Of a stretch of 64,000 nt of DNA, positions 11,121-24,755 are shown piece after piece. The notes beneath the pieces are model-generated. The model worked only from the letters and a program-made list of their open reading frames with translations. It had not been told where the DNA came from and did not search any database. Both the position numbers and the translations under genes were made by a program. This DNA comes from Octopus sinensis (taxonomy: Eukaryota). The stretch's first letter is position 1. Every line of letters starts with the position of its first letter. The DNA lies in NCBI RefSeq assembly GCF_006345805.1, contig NC_043000.1, positions 91,326,001 to 91,390,000 on the forward strand, written 5' to 3'.

Positions 11121-12329
11121 TATATATGTATATATATATATATATTATATTATATTATATAATATATATATATATATATATATAATCATAAAATAATAAA
11201 TAAATGTATGCATATATACATACATATATGTACATACCTCCATATATATGTATATATACATGCTTATATGGGTACAGGACATCAAAAAACGTGGAACACA
11301 ATGAGAAACGAAAACATAAAAGCAAAAACATAGAAACGAACTTTTTTTAAAAAAACAGAGTACAAGACATACAGCACAAGGAATATTCCACTTCTTCAGT
11401 TGTCCCTGTTTCATCTACTCCGCGTTTTTCGAAGGTAAGGATATGTATATATTTATTAATAGTAATGATAAGACAACAAAAGAATGAATGAGACCTCGAT
11501 ATTATGTAAATAGAGGAATTTATCTGTAATATAATATGTGACAATTATTCCGTTGCCATAATAAGGCTCCGAGTTTCGGAAAACTGCTCCGGCATCTCGT
11601 CAGTTATCGAGGCGATTAAAAATGCTATGAAAATGGCCGTTAAACAAAGGGAAATTACTATGTAATTGACCGTAATGAAGACAAAAGAGCTATTAAAATG
11701 ACCGTTAAATAAGGGGAAAAACCGAAGGGGAGAAAGTTAACAAGTAAGACAGTAAAAATGCTCATAGAAATCGCGCATGTATATACATACACATGTGCCC
11801 ACGCACACCCACGCACATGTGCCTATATGCATATGCTCACTCACACTCGCGTGAAACACATACATACACACCCACACATGCGCCTATATATATATGCAAT
11901 ATATATATGCAACCATATATATGTGCAACATATATATGCAACCATGCATGTACACGTATGCATATCCGCACACACGCACACACACATGTGCACATACCAT
12001 ACGCGCACAATCATATTGAAATACACATCTAAAATACGTACATGCATATGCTCGCTCACACTCGCGTGAAACACATGCGTGTATACCCATATATATATAT
12101 ATATATATGTATTTCTGTTTCATGGATAAATTACTGCATTCCGTTTATCAATTTACCTGGAAATATGACGATAGAAACCGATTTGTTACTCAGAGTTTAA
12201 AGTAATCGATCATCTGACAGAAGTGAACTTTTGGAAGAATACAATGGTTTATGAATGTTTATAAATGGTTCAGAGTTCAATAGTATAAAATCTTACTTCC
12301 CTCTGATGATCGGTTATGCGAAACTTTAT

Positions 12330-12397
12330 GTAACAGGACAAAATTCGTAATAGGACAAAATTCGTAATAGGACAAAATTCGTAACAGGACAAAATTC
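12330..12397. repeat. Minisatellite, 4 x 17 bp (GTAAYAGGACAAAATTC)
   Basis: Four adjacent units with no spacers. Confidence 0.9.
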
Positions 12398-12642
12398 GTG
12401 TTACACTGTTATTTTTTAACAGTCGCAAATCATGAATTTATCGCAAGATAAAATCAGTTAAATCTACCCAAGTATTTTAGCAACCTTAGGTGCAGTGAGA
12501 TAGTGCAGTCGACTTCAATATAATTTTGAATTCAGGGCATACATGCGGCGAAAAAAAATAACACAAGACATTACGGTTGATGCTCTATGGATTCCGCTCA
12601 TCTGCCGCCATTTTGTGTATATTCCTTATGATTTCTAGTATA

Positions 12643-13162
12643 CCGTAAATACTCGAGTATAATCCGCATTTTTTTTTCCAAAATTTAATGGTCAAAATCC
12701 CTAGTGCGTATTATACACAAGGTTAAAAATGAAAATTATTTTCTAAGCAATGTTCGAGCCTCTATTTGCTGTCCGGCAATGTTTGTTCAGACGCATTTTG
12801 TGATGTCGGGCGCGGAAATACCTTAAGCTAAGCCTGAAAGCAATGAAGTCATAAAAGAATCATCCATAACTTGCAGTAAGCAACATTTCTTAAACGTTTT
12901 TACTGTTATTTCTTTATTTTCTGCAAACAAAATGCACAAAAAAGCTACACGTTTGCATTATGTTATATATACAATAATAATAAAGTACGTTACCGTATAC
13001 ATTTCTACAAACCAAGGACGTTATATAGACCTCCTTGACTCAAGTTAGAGAAGGGGTGCGTATTATATACAAGGTTTAGGATTTTCAGAGGTACAGCCCC
13101 CTTAAATTCCCCTGCGTATTGCGTATTATACTCAAGGGCGGGCTATACTCGAGGATTTACGG
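12643..13162. mobile_element. Tc1/mariner superfamily, Tc2-type MITE (about 520 bp)
   Basis: TIRs CCGTAAATACTCGAGTATAATCCGC / GCGGGCTATACTCGAGGATTTACGG with TA on both sides. CCGTA termini are typical of the Tc2 group. Confidence 0.8.
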
Positions 13163-13511
13163 TAGCCACATGAGTTTTAAGATAAATATTAATCAACACG
13201 TAGATACTGAACAGTATATATATAAAGGATAAAATCCTTTTTTTTTTTCCTTTTAAAAGCAGAAAAATTTGTCAGCAGCCCGTGCCGACAAATATATCTC
13301 TCTACTTGCTCCACAATACATTTCAACGCTTCAAAAACAAACTTGTTTGTTTACATCGGACGTAACATGAGTTTAAATTTAAGGAAGATGTAAATTTGAT
13401 TAAACGGATCTCAGTATTCCACTCGTACTTATTGCATCAAACCCGGAAAGTTGAAAAGCAAAGTCGAACTCTGCAGGATTTGAATTCAGAAGTTGTAGCT
13501 GTATAACTAAA

Positions 13512-13874
13512 CTAGAAGTATAGCCGAGCGTTGCTCGGGCTTGTTTTCTTTTCGACCCTTTAGAAATGGAATATTTGAAAACTAAAAATTTTGCATTATG
13601 TAGCTTGTTATTCTCTTTAAGTGAACATTTTTCTGGTTGAAATACACCGAAAAATGTCGACACAGCAGTCAAAAAATCGTAAAAAAATAGGGATTTTCAT
13701 AGTAAAAAAGCACCTTTTTGATGTAAATAATTTTTGTGTTAACATGGTCCGATTTTGGTGTTATCATACTCTCAATTTTGGTCAACTTGCACCGCAGGGT
13801 CTCGGAGGAGATAGTGTTAGTTCAAGGCTACCAAATCTGCTATACACAGACAACTTCAGCTTTATATATATAGA
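13512..13874 (-). mobile_element. Non-autonomous Helitron (363 bp)
   Basis: Minus strand starts TC(TATATATATAAAG), ends with hairpin CCGAGC-AAC-GCTCGG followed 7 nt later by CTAG, and is inserted between A and T. Confidence 0.85.
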
Positions 13875-14493
13875 TAACGCAAATTTAAAAAAACGATTTT
13901 GTTCGATGTTCTACGTATTTTACCAATCCGCAGACATTTTTCGTTTTCTTCCCGCCACTGGATATGAAACCAGACGAAAATATAGAATTTTTCTGTCCCG
14001 CGCGAAAAGAAGCAATGTTCAGTCCTTTCAGATTTCCTTGTTTCTAGAGCTAGCAACACGTTACCTGACATTCCGTTGATGGAATATCATACCTTTATGT
14101 TGCTATTTTATTTACCTTTCATCAGTGTTTAATTACATCATTTCTTCAATATCATTTAATTACATGTTTCCTATTGTCATCTAATTAGTCCAATTTACTG
14201 GATTCTTCTTCGCTGTCACCTTCTGTTTCAGTGTCACCCTCGCCATCAACTTAGTCCTCGTCGTCGTCGTCGTCGTCGAGGTATTGGAATCGTCATCACC
14301 ATCATCGTCGTCTTTGTCGTCGTTTCCATCATCGTCGCCTTTAGTTTCATCTCCTGCTCTCACCTCCTCCGACTCTCCTTTCTTGTCATTTTGTCTCCGT
14401 CTTCACTTTTTTACTCCTCCGTCATGTAGCAGCATCTCTTTGACATTGTTTTCAGCTGTACCATCATCACCACTATTTTTACCTACGCACACA

Positions 14494-14592
<99 letters not shown>

Positions 14593-15269
14593 TTCTATCT
14601 TATTCTTTCTTCCTCTTCTTCGTCTAATTGCTGTAGGTCCTAATTACTCTAATGTAAGTTGTCAACTAATTTTATCTCTAAGTGTCTCGTCTTAATTGCA
14701 TTATAAAAATTCACGTCGTCTAATTATTCCATGCTGCTGTGTCATTTACTTCTCTTATATGAGGGTTACCTACCTCCTCCTCAATCTCTTTCTTTCTCCT
14801 CTCACCACTACCATCACTACATCAGCGAACCACATTTTTCGGTTAATTATGTCACTGGATGGTTTTGGTGCTAGTAATTTTCTCGTTTTATCTACAATGT
14901 TTTTTTTTTTTTGCAGTTGAAGTTCTTGTGTTTATGAAATTTCTACATATTTTCTTTTCTTCATCAACTTTAAAAAAAAAAACAACAGTGTATTTTGTCC
15001 AGGATAAGTAAATAAAAACTGAGAATAATTTCTTTGCTAATTCTTTTTCACCGAAGCCTTTATTATTATTATTATTATTATTATTATTGTTGTTATTGTT
15101 GTTGTTGTTGTTATTATTATAATTATTATTATTATTATTATTATGGACGTGTTTTCAGGTTGCTCGTGAAAAACAGATTATTACCAAGTTTTGCTAAATT
15201 CTCAATGGCAAGAGCTGGCAGCCAGATGCCCTGACCTTGGTCACTGCCTGCAAAACCTGAATTTATCCT

Positions 15270-15385
15270 GAGTTCAAATTCCACCGAGGTCGATAAAAAA
15301 AGTACCAGTTGAATACTCGGGGTTCGTGTAATTGACTTACACCCTCCCCGAAATTGCTGGCCTCGTGCTAAAACTTGAAATCAAT
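15270..15385 (+). mobile_element. SINE family B, internally deleted
   Basis: CTGAGTTCAAATTCCACCGAGGTCGATAAAAAAAGTACCAGTTG...AAATTGCTGGCCTCGTGC. Confidence 0.65.
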
Positions 15386-15467
15386 ATTTAGTCAAGTTTT
15401 ATAGAAGTAAGGTTTAAGTGTGTATCATTATAGGTTTAAAGAATTGATCTTAGTCCTTGTTTTTTAA

Positions 15468-15640
15468 TGCCTGGTATGCATTCTATCGGTCTCTTTTAGC
15501 CGAACCGCTAATATATGGGGGTCGTAAACAAACCAACACCGGTTGTCAAACGGTGGTGGGGGACATACGTAGACACACAGTTCCACATATACACACACAC
15601 GGGAAACGAGCTTCTTACAACACAGCCACGCCTGCCCCTA
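15468..15640 (-). mobile_element. SINE family A, internally deleted
   Basis: Tail motif TTCTATCGGTCTCTTTTAGCCGAACCGCT joined to the head end ACAGCCACGCCTGCCCCTAT. Confidence 0.7.
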
Positions 15641-15739
15641 TGTGCATTTTGTGACTATGATATATGCCTTTAAAAACCTACTTTGCTCTTGTTATCGTAA
15701 ACTTCCGCCTTTCACCATGTGTAACTCGTAAACACCAGT

Positions 15740-15940
15740 CGTTTTTTTTCTCTATCCCTGTTTGCCCGCTTTGGGATCTTTCTTTCCTCTCTCCTCTCTT
15801 CTTTATGTTTCCGACGAAGAGCTCCGCTCGAAACGTCATACCCTCCCCTCCTTGCTTCCATTTCTGAGCGCCTATTAATAATAATACTGTAATTGTTCCA
15901 TTGTTGTTGTTTTTTTTGTTTTCCCGTTTGGATTAAAATT
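15740..15940 (+). mobile_element. Penelope-like 3' terminus with minimal hammerhead (15807-15841)
   Basis: GTTT-CCGACGA-A-GAGC(TCC)GCTC-GAAAC-GTC-ATAC, then TTCTGAGCG..TAATAATACT shared with the PLE terminus; ends GGATTAAAAT-(TA)n. Confidence 0.7.
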
Positions 15941-16089
15941 ATATATATATAAATATATATATATATAATATATAAATGTATACATACACACACACACAGC
16001 AGATATATATTTTACGTAATATATATATTATATATATATATAATATATATATATATATATGTGTTATGTATCTGTGTGTTGTGTGTGTG

Positions 16090-16430
16090 TGAAGCGCACG
16101 GACTCACATCGTAGGACGCGGTTTCGATTTCCAGGACCGGTCGTTTGAGTGTCTATTGAGCAAAAGCACCTAAAGCTCCATGAGGATCCGGAAGGGGTGG
16201 TTGCGAACCCTGCTGTACTCTTTCACCACAAATTTCTCTCACTCTTTCTTCCTGTTTCTGTTGTACCTGTATTTCAAAGGGCCAGCTTTGTCACACTCTG
16301 TGTCACACTGAATTTCCCTGAGAAATACATTAAGGGCACCCGTGTCTTGCACGTTCATTTCACGAGCAGGCTGTTCCGTTCATCGGATCAACTGGAACCC
16401 TCGTCGACGTAACCGACGGAGTGCCACGAA
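16090..16430 (+). mobile_element. tRNA-derived SINE family D
   Basis: B-box-like GGTTTCGATTTCC; body TATTGAGCAAAAGCACCTAAAGCTCC shared with 39325-39695; tail shared with 37648-37895. Confidence 0.7.
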
Positions 16431-16433
16431 TGA

Positions 16434-16467
<34 letters not shown>

Positions 16468-16662
16468 TATACATATGCACACGCACTAGACACACATATA
16501 CAACCGCACACATATCCTCATGGACAAACAACAGAATGCATTCGCATAGCACATTATTACAAAGATACACTTTCATTTACAGTATAACTTCCTGTTATTA
16601 CTTTCTACTAATACTAGAACTGGGTTGATGTACTGTGGTTCCTCACACTAATATTTGCAGAG

Positions 16663-17487
16663 AAGGCAGCGAGTTGACAGAAACGTTAGCACGCCGGGCG
16701 AAATGCGTAGCCGTATTTCGTTTGCCGTTACGTTCTGAGTTCAAATTCAACCGAGGTCGACTTTGCCTTTCATCCATTTGGGATCGATACATTAAGTACC
16801 AGTTACGCACTGGGGTTGATATAATCGACTTAATCCGTTTGTCTGTCCTTGTTTGTACTCTCTGTATTTAGCCCCTTGTGGGTAGTAAAGAAACAGGTAT
16901 TTCGTCTGTCTTTACGCTATGAGTTCAAATTCCGCCGAGGTCGGCTTTGCCTTTCACCCTCTCAGGGTCGATAAATTAGGTACTATTTATGTACTTGGGT
17001 CGATCTAATCGACTGGCCCCCTCCCCAAACCTTTTTGGCCCTAGTGCCTAGAGTAGAAGGAACATTAAAAGGCGGTAGGCTGGTAGAAACGTTAGCACGC
17101 CGGCGAAATGCGTAGCCGTATTTGGTCTGCCGCTACGTTCTGAGTTCAAATTCCGCCGAGGTCGACTTTGCCTTTCTTCCTTTCGGGTTCGATAAATTAA
17201 GTATCAGTTACGCACTGGGGTCGATGTAATCGACTTAATCCCTTTGTCTCTCCTTGTTTGTCCTCTCTGTGTTTAGCCCCTTGTGGGTAGTAAAAAAATA
17301 GGTATTTCGTCTGTATTTACGTTCTGAGTTCAAATTCCGCCAAGGCCGACTTTGCCTTTCGTCCTTTCGGGGTCGATAACTTAAGTACCAGTTACGACTG
17401 GGATCGATGTAATCGACTTAATCCCTTTGTCTGTTCTTGTTTGTCCCCTCTATGTTTAGCCCCTTGTGGGCAATAAAGAAATAAGAA
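16663..17487 (+). mobile_element. Tandem tetramer of SINE family B (tRNA-like head plus Nin/Deu-like central domain)
   Basis: Four repeats of CTGAGTTCAAATTCCGCCGAGGTCGACTTTGCCTTTCATCCTTTCGGGGTCGATAAATTAAGTACCAG. This central motif resembles the Nin/Deu-type SINE domain (recognition from memory, not aligned). Confidence 0.85.
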
Positions 17488-17732
17488 AATAATATTTGTA
17501 GAAAAATTTTTTGAAATCAGTTGCAAAGACAGGATTTTATTAATATATTTGATTATTTTTTTTATTAATTATTTTTCTCTTCGACACAGAATTAACATTT
17601 TTTTCTCATATATTTCGTTCTTTCATTTTTATGTTATCCTAAAAATGTTTTATTTCGATTTTATATATTTATATTTGGCTTTCACGGTTTTTTCCCTCTT
17701 TGTGTGTACTTACTTCTGTCTGTCTGTCTGCC

Positions 17733-17769
<37 letters not shown>

Positions 17770-18105
17770 GTCTGTCTATCTTTCTGTCTGTCTGTCTGTA
17801 TGTATGTATGTATGTATGTATGTATGTATCTATCTATCTATCTACACACACACACACTCATATATATATATACATAAATACAAGTATATATGCCATATAT
17901 CTAAATATGATATATGTATTTTATGTGTATACACAAATGATATGTACATAAATGCAATATGAAAGCACAAAAATATAACACATTTCTCTGTTTATATGCA
18001 TACAAATATCTCATAGATATAAGTATTTATATGTGTCCATAAAGTCATATATGTTGTGGATGTATAGATATATATTAATCTGTGATGTACTTACATACAC
18101 ACACA

Positions 18106-18133
<28 letters not shown>

Positions 18134-18136
<3 letters not shown>

Positions 18137-18735
18137 GTATTTTCTCTCATCACCTCTTACTCTTGCTCCAAACAAACTCCCTTAGACCCTTTTTCTATTA
18201 TTCCTTTGTTTAAACCCAAACTAATGTAAACCTTTCATATGTAAAGACACTTGTAAGTGATTACTTTTCATCCGAAAATGCCTCGATATCTGTGTAACGA
18301 TGAACTTGTTCCTTCTCTCTGGTTTTCTTTATATAAATGTATTGGCGATAATTGACAGGGAGCTAAAATTAGCATCGGTCTCTTTCTGTCTCTCAGGTTC
18401 CCATTCCTGCTCGCCATTCTTTCTCTTTCTGTTGGTGGTGTTTGTCTATCAAATGGATTATTTAATTCTTTGTTTGTTTGTTTGTTTGTTTGTTGCTTGT
18501 TAGTTGCAGAATCATCGTAGAATCCTCCTAAATAAATTTGCCTCTCACTCTTTTGGTATTATTAAATTAGAATATCTGCATGATTAACTATGGGGAAACC
18601 GAACAAAATATCTCTCTATATGTAGATGTGGCACACGTGATTGTGTGCGTGTGTACACACACAGACCCACACACACGTGATCATGTGTATACATACATAC
18701 ATGCATACATACATACATACATATCTATATATAAT

Positions 18736-18771
<36 letters not shown>

Positions 18772-19056
18772 TATATATATGTATATATGTGTATGTATAT
18801 ACACATATATATGATTATATATGTATCAAACACAAACACACACATATACATACAAAATCACATATATATTCTGAAACACATTGATAGAATCTGTGTGTGT
18901 ATGTATGTGACTATGTAGATATGTGGTGTGTATACACACACATCAATCCATCTATCCATCCATCCATCCATCCATCCATCCATACATACTACATACATAC
19001 ATACATACATACGTACATACATACATGCATACATGCATACATACATACATACTACA

Positions 19057-19092
<36 letters not shown>

Positions 19093-19102
19093 TATATTAT
19101 AT

Positions 19103-19149
<47 letters not shown>

Positions 19150-20333
19150 TATATATATATATATACACACATACACGTAGGCACGCGTAGGTAAACGCAC
19201 ATACATAGAAATATTTCTTAGCATAGTTCTCAATACATTTTTCTGTGATAGTCACAGAGTGCTTAATGCATCAAACAGAGCTATTATATAAATACAATTT
19301 AATATACTTATACGTATACAATTTGTGGCTGCATACTTGTTTGTGTGCATACATACATACATACGTACATACATACACACACACCACACACACACACACA
19401 CACACATGGTATTTTCTCTCATCACCTCTTACTCTTGCTCCAAACAAACTCCCTTAGACCCTTTTTCTATTATTCCTTTGTTTAAACCCAAACTAATGTA
19501 AACCTTTCATATGTAAAGACACTTGTAAGTGATTACTTTTCATCCGAAAATGCCTCGATATCTGTGTGTAACGATGAACTTGTTCCTTCTCTCTGGTTTT
19601 CTTTATATAAATGTATTGGCGATAATTGACAGGGAGCTAAAATTAGCATCGGTCTCTTTCTGTCTCTCAGGTTCCCATTCCTGCTCGCCATTCTTTCTCT
19701 TTCTGTTGGTGGTGTTTGTCTATCAAATGGATTATTTAATTCTTTGTTTGTTTGTTTGTTTGTTTGTTTGCTTGTTAGTTGCAGAATCATCGTAGAAATC
19801 CTCCTAAATAAATTTGCCTCTCACTCTTTTGGTATTATTAAATTAGAATATCTGCATGATTAACTATGGGGAAACCGAACAAAATATCTCTCTATATGTA
19901 GATGTGCACACGTGATTGTGTGCGTGTGTACACACACAGACCCACACACACGTGATCATGTGTATACATACATACATGCATACATACATACATACATATA
20001 TATATATATATATTAATATATATATATATATATACACACACATATATATGTATATATGTGTATGTATATACACATATATATGATTATATATGTATCAAAC
20101 ACAAACACACACACATATACATACAAAACACATATATATTCTGAAACACATTGATAGAATCTGTGTGTGTATGTATGTGACTATGTAGATATGTGGTGTG
20201 TATACACACACATCAATCCATCTATCATCCATCCATCCATCCATCCATCCATACATACATACATACTACATACATACATACGTACATACATACATGCATA
20301 CATGCATACATACATACATACATCATACATACA

Positions 20334-20398
<65 letters not shown>

Positions 20399-20636
20399 AT
20401 ATATATAATATAATATATATATATAATATATATATACACACATACACGTAGGCACGCGTAGGTAAACGCACATACATAGAAATATTTCTTAGCATAGTTC
20501 TCAATACATTTTTCTGTGATAGTCACAGAGTGCTTAATGCATCAAACAGAGCTATTATATAAATACAATTTAATATACTTATACGTATACAATTTGTGGC
20601 TGCATACTTGTTTGTGTGCATACATACATACATACG

Positions 20637-20676
<40 letters not shown>
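18134..20676. repeat. Near-identical tandem duplication, 2 x about 1272 bp
   Basis: ATGGTATTTTCTCTC at 18134 and 19406; unique parts nearly identical, microsatellite lengths differ. Confidence 0.9.
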
Positions 20677-20681
<5 letters not shown>

Positions 20682-20689
20682 TATATATA

Positions 20690-21143
20690 TAGGTGCAGGA
20701 GTGACTGTGTGGTAAAAAGCTGGTTTCTCAACCACGTGGTCCTGGGTTCAGTCCCACTACGTGGCATCTTGATCACGTGTCTTCTATTGTAGCCTCGGAC
20801 TGACCAAAACCTTGTCAGTGGATTTGGTAGACGGTAACTGAAAGAGGCCCGTCGTATGTGTGTGTGAGTGTGAGTGTGTGTGTGTGTGCGCGTGTGTGTA
20901 TATTTGTGTGCGTGTGTATTTGTGTGTGTGTATATGTGTGTGTCTGTGTTTGCCTCCTCACCATTGCTTGACAATCGGTGTTGGTGTGTTTACACCCCCG
21001 TAATCTAGCAGTTCGGCAAAAGAGACCGATAGAATAAGTACTAGGTTTACAAAGAATAAGTCCTGGGATCGATTTATTCGACTAAAGGCGGTGCTCCAGG
21101 ATGGCCACAGTCAAATGATTGAAACAAGTAAAAGAATGAAAGA
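20690..21143 (+). mobile_element. SINE family A, full length
   Basis: Head AGGTGCAGGAGTGACTGTGTGGTAA through tail GAAACAAGTAAAAGAATG. Confidence 0.85.
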
Positions 21144-21220
<77 letters not shown>

Positions 21221-21410
21221 ATGCACAGTAGATTAAATTATAATTTAGCCCTGATCAATGCATCGACCATTTCCTCATTATTATACTGCCATGTCACCCA
21301 TTGTTTAGCTGGATTTATTCCCTATCGTAACACCATTCCTATTTAGTTTCTAAATCTATATTGTCCACTCGCATTCACTATTTCTCTTCTATTGTTCTCC
21401 CCACTTCTGA

Positions 21411-21910
21411 TTTTAGGACGCCAAATACTGTGGTATGCGTACTGAGAGAATCTCTTATACTGACGCAAAGTACCACATACACATCATTAGCAGATGTGAA
21501 CCATGCATGTCTGTGTGTGACTTTCTCTTACACCTGATGACGACTAACATCCGAAGCATTACAAATATTTCTCTCTTGCCATCAACGGGTCAACCTAATT
21601 CCTGATTTGTTAAACATTGTTGATCCGATGTTGTCCTTTTCTTATTGTTTATACTGTTAAGCACCGTTAATACCGAATCGCCATCTTTATATCCTACTCA
21701 ATATGGTTGAATTTATAGAATTTTGAATACTGTAACATTCGTCTTGAGAGATCCCTTCATACAGACGCACGCGCGCGCACACACAATCTCACATATGTGT
21801 ATTTTTCAATATGTGATACGCACGCGCACACACACACACATGCATGGTTCTTATCTGCCAGTATGAGAGATTCTCCCAGGACGCATACCGCAGTATTTGG
21901 CGTTCTAAAA
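21411..21910. mobile_element. MITE-like element with 52-bp imperfect TIRs
   Basis: TTTTAGGACGCCAAATACTGTGGTATGCGTACTGAGAGAATCTCTTATACTG (21411-21462) is the reverse complement of 21859-21910 with about 5 mismatches. Confidence 0.6.
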
Positions 21911-22269
21911 ATACATCTACATTGAGTAATATATAAAGACTGCTATTCGATACACACACACATTTACATACTGACATAAATAATAAAAATAATTAACAGT
22001 CAAAATTTGACCACTACAAACAAATCAACTTGTAACTACTGAGGCAAATTACTAGTGATGAATAAAATGGGTAAGTATACTAGAATTCATCCAGTAATAC
22101 AAACAATAACACTAACGCCAAATATATTCATATAAATTCTCGATAATGAGACTGTGAAGTTCTAGAAATATCAGATATGGCTTTAGGAGCCCTACTCTTC
22201 CAAATCAACTGTAAAAAGTTAATAAAAATGTATGATAAACAGACAAAACAAAGTTAAAATTTGAACATA

Positions 22270-22642
22270 GTAGCGTGTGTGGCAAGAAACTTGCTTCCCA
22301 ATCACATGGTACCAGGTTCAGTCCCACTGTGTGACACCTTGGGCAAATGTCTTCTACTATACTCTCGGGCGAACCAAAGCATTGTGAGTGGAGTTGGTTG
22401 AGGGAAACTGATAGAAGCTCATCGTAAACACGCACACACACACACATGTGTATGTGTGTGTGTATGTATCTGTGTTTGTTCTCCATCACCGCTTGATAAC
22501 CGGTGTTGGTGTGTTTACGTCCCCACAACTTAACACTGCGGCAAAAGAAACCGATAGAATAAGTACCAGACTTAAAAAGAAATATGTTATGCGGTTGATT
22601 TGACCAGTATGGTCGCAGTCTAATGATTGAAACAAGTAAACG
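22270..22642 (+). mobile_element. SINE family A, diverged
   Basis: TGTGTGGCAAG...GGTTCAGTCCCACTGTGTGACACCTTGGGCAAATGTCTTCT...TGATTGAAACAAGTAAA. Confidence 0.8.
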
Positions 22643-23336
22643 ATAGACACACACACACATACATATATTTATATATTCACACACACGTACCCCCACATAC
22701 ATACACATAATATAACTTTTGTTAACGTAGATTTTGATAATTTTTAAAGACTTTTTTTTATTTAACTGTCATTTATATCTTTTGATTACATTTTTCATTT
22801 TTTTTTTCAATTTTTAATTTCTTGTTTTTTATTAATCTCTTTCATCTTTCCTTTTATTTTTCGTTATAAATATATTATTTCATTCGTAGCTTATACTAGT
22901 TTTGACATCTAGTCTCTCTTATATGTCAGTATCTCTTATAAAGTGATTCACTATCCACGTAGAAGGAAAACCTTTTTTGTGCATCACAATCACCTATATG
23001 GTTAATCATTGTTCAGCATCAAAGTTTTCTTCCCTTAAAGACGAAACACTTTTATTTTCTATTATTTTCTTTGTATATCATTTGTTGCTTTTGAATTTGG
23101 TTTGTAAGACAAATCGTAATCAATCAATACTTTCCATTGGGTGGGCCAAAAAATCCGTTCGGCTTTTGTCGACACTAAACTTCAATTACTCTAATAAGCA
23201 GCTAACTTCAGTCTGTCTCTTGCGCATGTCCAGTCGCGACACTTTAAGATAGTTTGATGCGAACTTGCGACAAGACAGGTTGAATTTTGTGTGCTTGGGC
23301 TCACTCTGAAAATAGAAAACTAAAACAAACATTATC

Positions 23337-23570
23337 TATTTCTTTACTGCCCACAAGGGGCTAAACACAGAGAAGACAAACAAGGACAGACAAACGAATT
23401 AAGCCGATTATATCGACCCCAGTGCGTAACTGGTACTTATTTAATCGACCTCGAAAGGATGAAAGGCAAAGTCGACCTCGGTGGAATTTGAACTCAGAAT
23501 GTAGCGGCAGACGAAATACTGCTAAGCATTTCGCCCGGCGTGCTAACGTTTCTACTAGCTCGCCGCCTTA
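23337..23570 (-). mobile_element. SINE family B, full length, nested in the mariner
   Basis: Reverse-complement match to units at 16663-17487. Confidence 0.9.
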
Positions 23571-23689
23571 CTAAAACAAACATAATCGATACCACATGAC
23601 ATTTTTTATTTAAAAAAAAAATAACAAGAAGGAAGCAGAAATCTGACGGAAAGTATTCGCTGTGTACAGAAAGGATGCCGTTACGGAGC

Positions 23690-24575
23690 GAGTGTACCAA
23701 AAGTAGTTTTCAAGATTTCGATTGGGAAACTTTTAGTTTCAAGATGCACCTCGCACTGGCAGGTCAACTGAGATTAATAGCGACAAAATTAAAGAGCTAG
23801 TCGATACCAACACCCGTTATACAACTAGAATGATCACAGATATTCTCCAAATATCCAAATCACCTGCATCAACTTGTTACGTCAGCAGGCTTAATGCTTG
23901 TGTCCCACATGAACTGTTTGCATCTAATCTTGCCCAACGGTTTTCTATTTGCGATTTATTGCAGAAACGCGAAGAAAATGATCCTTTTATGAAGAGAATT
24001 GTGACGGAATGAAAAATAGATCCTGTATAACAACGTGAGGTACAAATGATCATGGGGGTTGGGAGTGCAGCGAACCATCACAAACAACTTCCAAAGTAGG
24101 ACTTCTCCCGAAGACGATTACGTTTGGAATTTGGTGGGATCGGAAGGGTGTTGTCCTTTATGAGCTTCTTCATACGGACAAGGCCATGAATTCGGATGTG
24201 TATTATGACCAGCTGGACAATTAAATATAGCGATCCACCATAAGTGTCTAGCACTATCTGATCGTAAGAGCATAGTTTTTCATTACGTCAATGCCCGACC
24301 GCACGCTTATTTGCAGATGCAGCAAAAGTTACTGAGAATTGACAAGGAAGTTTTGCCGCATTCTCCATATTCACCCAACCTTACGCCTTCAGATTTGTAC
24401 CTGTTTCGGTCTCTTCAAAATTCATTAAAAGTACAGACCTTCAACTCTGAAGAAAATGTAAAAGTTCACATGGAAGAGGTTTTCGCCATTAAAGACGGCA
24501 AATTTTTTGAGCAAGGAATAATGGATCTGCCCACGAGATGGCAGTAGGTAGTGGAATGAAACAGTAATTATATCG
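23690..24575 (+). pseudogene. Mariner transposase pseudogene
   Basis: DAPRTGRSTEI, CVPHEL (WVPHEL motif), DPFMKRIVT, GIWWDRKGVVLYELL, NARPH, HSPYSPNLTPSDLYLFRSLQN (YSPDL motif), FFEQGIMDLPTRWQ; stops and frameshifts. Confidence 0.9.
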
Positions 24576-24755
24576 GTGTCTGATGATAAATCGTCTTGTA
24601 TTTAAGACTGGTCTTATTTTTTCTTAAAAGACTTATTGGAATTTTGACAAACCCACTGATAGATCTGGTCTTTATTTTCTACTAGTTAGCATGCCAAATA
24701 ATGTGTAGAAATAAATTTTGCTGTATTTTGGAAAGGAAGTTATGTCGAAAAAGAA

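Larger units (their letters stand above)
23137..24656 (+). mobile_element. Decayed mariner DNA transposon with a SINE B insertion
   Basis: TIR-like TTGGGTGGGCCAAAAAATCCGTTCGG and a degenerate right end TTTTGACAAACCCA; transposase remnants inside. Confidence 0.85.

Noticed and set aside
12298-12340. CTGATGA...GAAAC-TTTAT-GTA hammerhead-like spacing
   Set aside because: Stem III is possible but stems I and II do not pair.
12330-12397. Possible CRISPR array
   Set aside because: Contiguous 17-bp units without spacers in eukaryotic DNA; a minisatellite.
21525-21565. CTGATGA...CGAAG
   Set aside because: GAAA is broken and no stems form.
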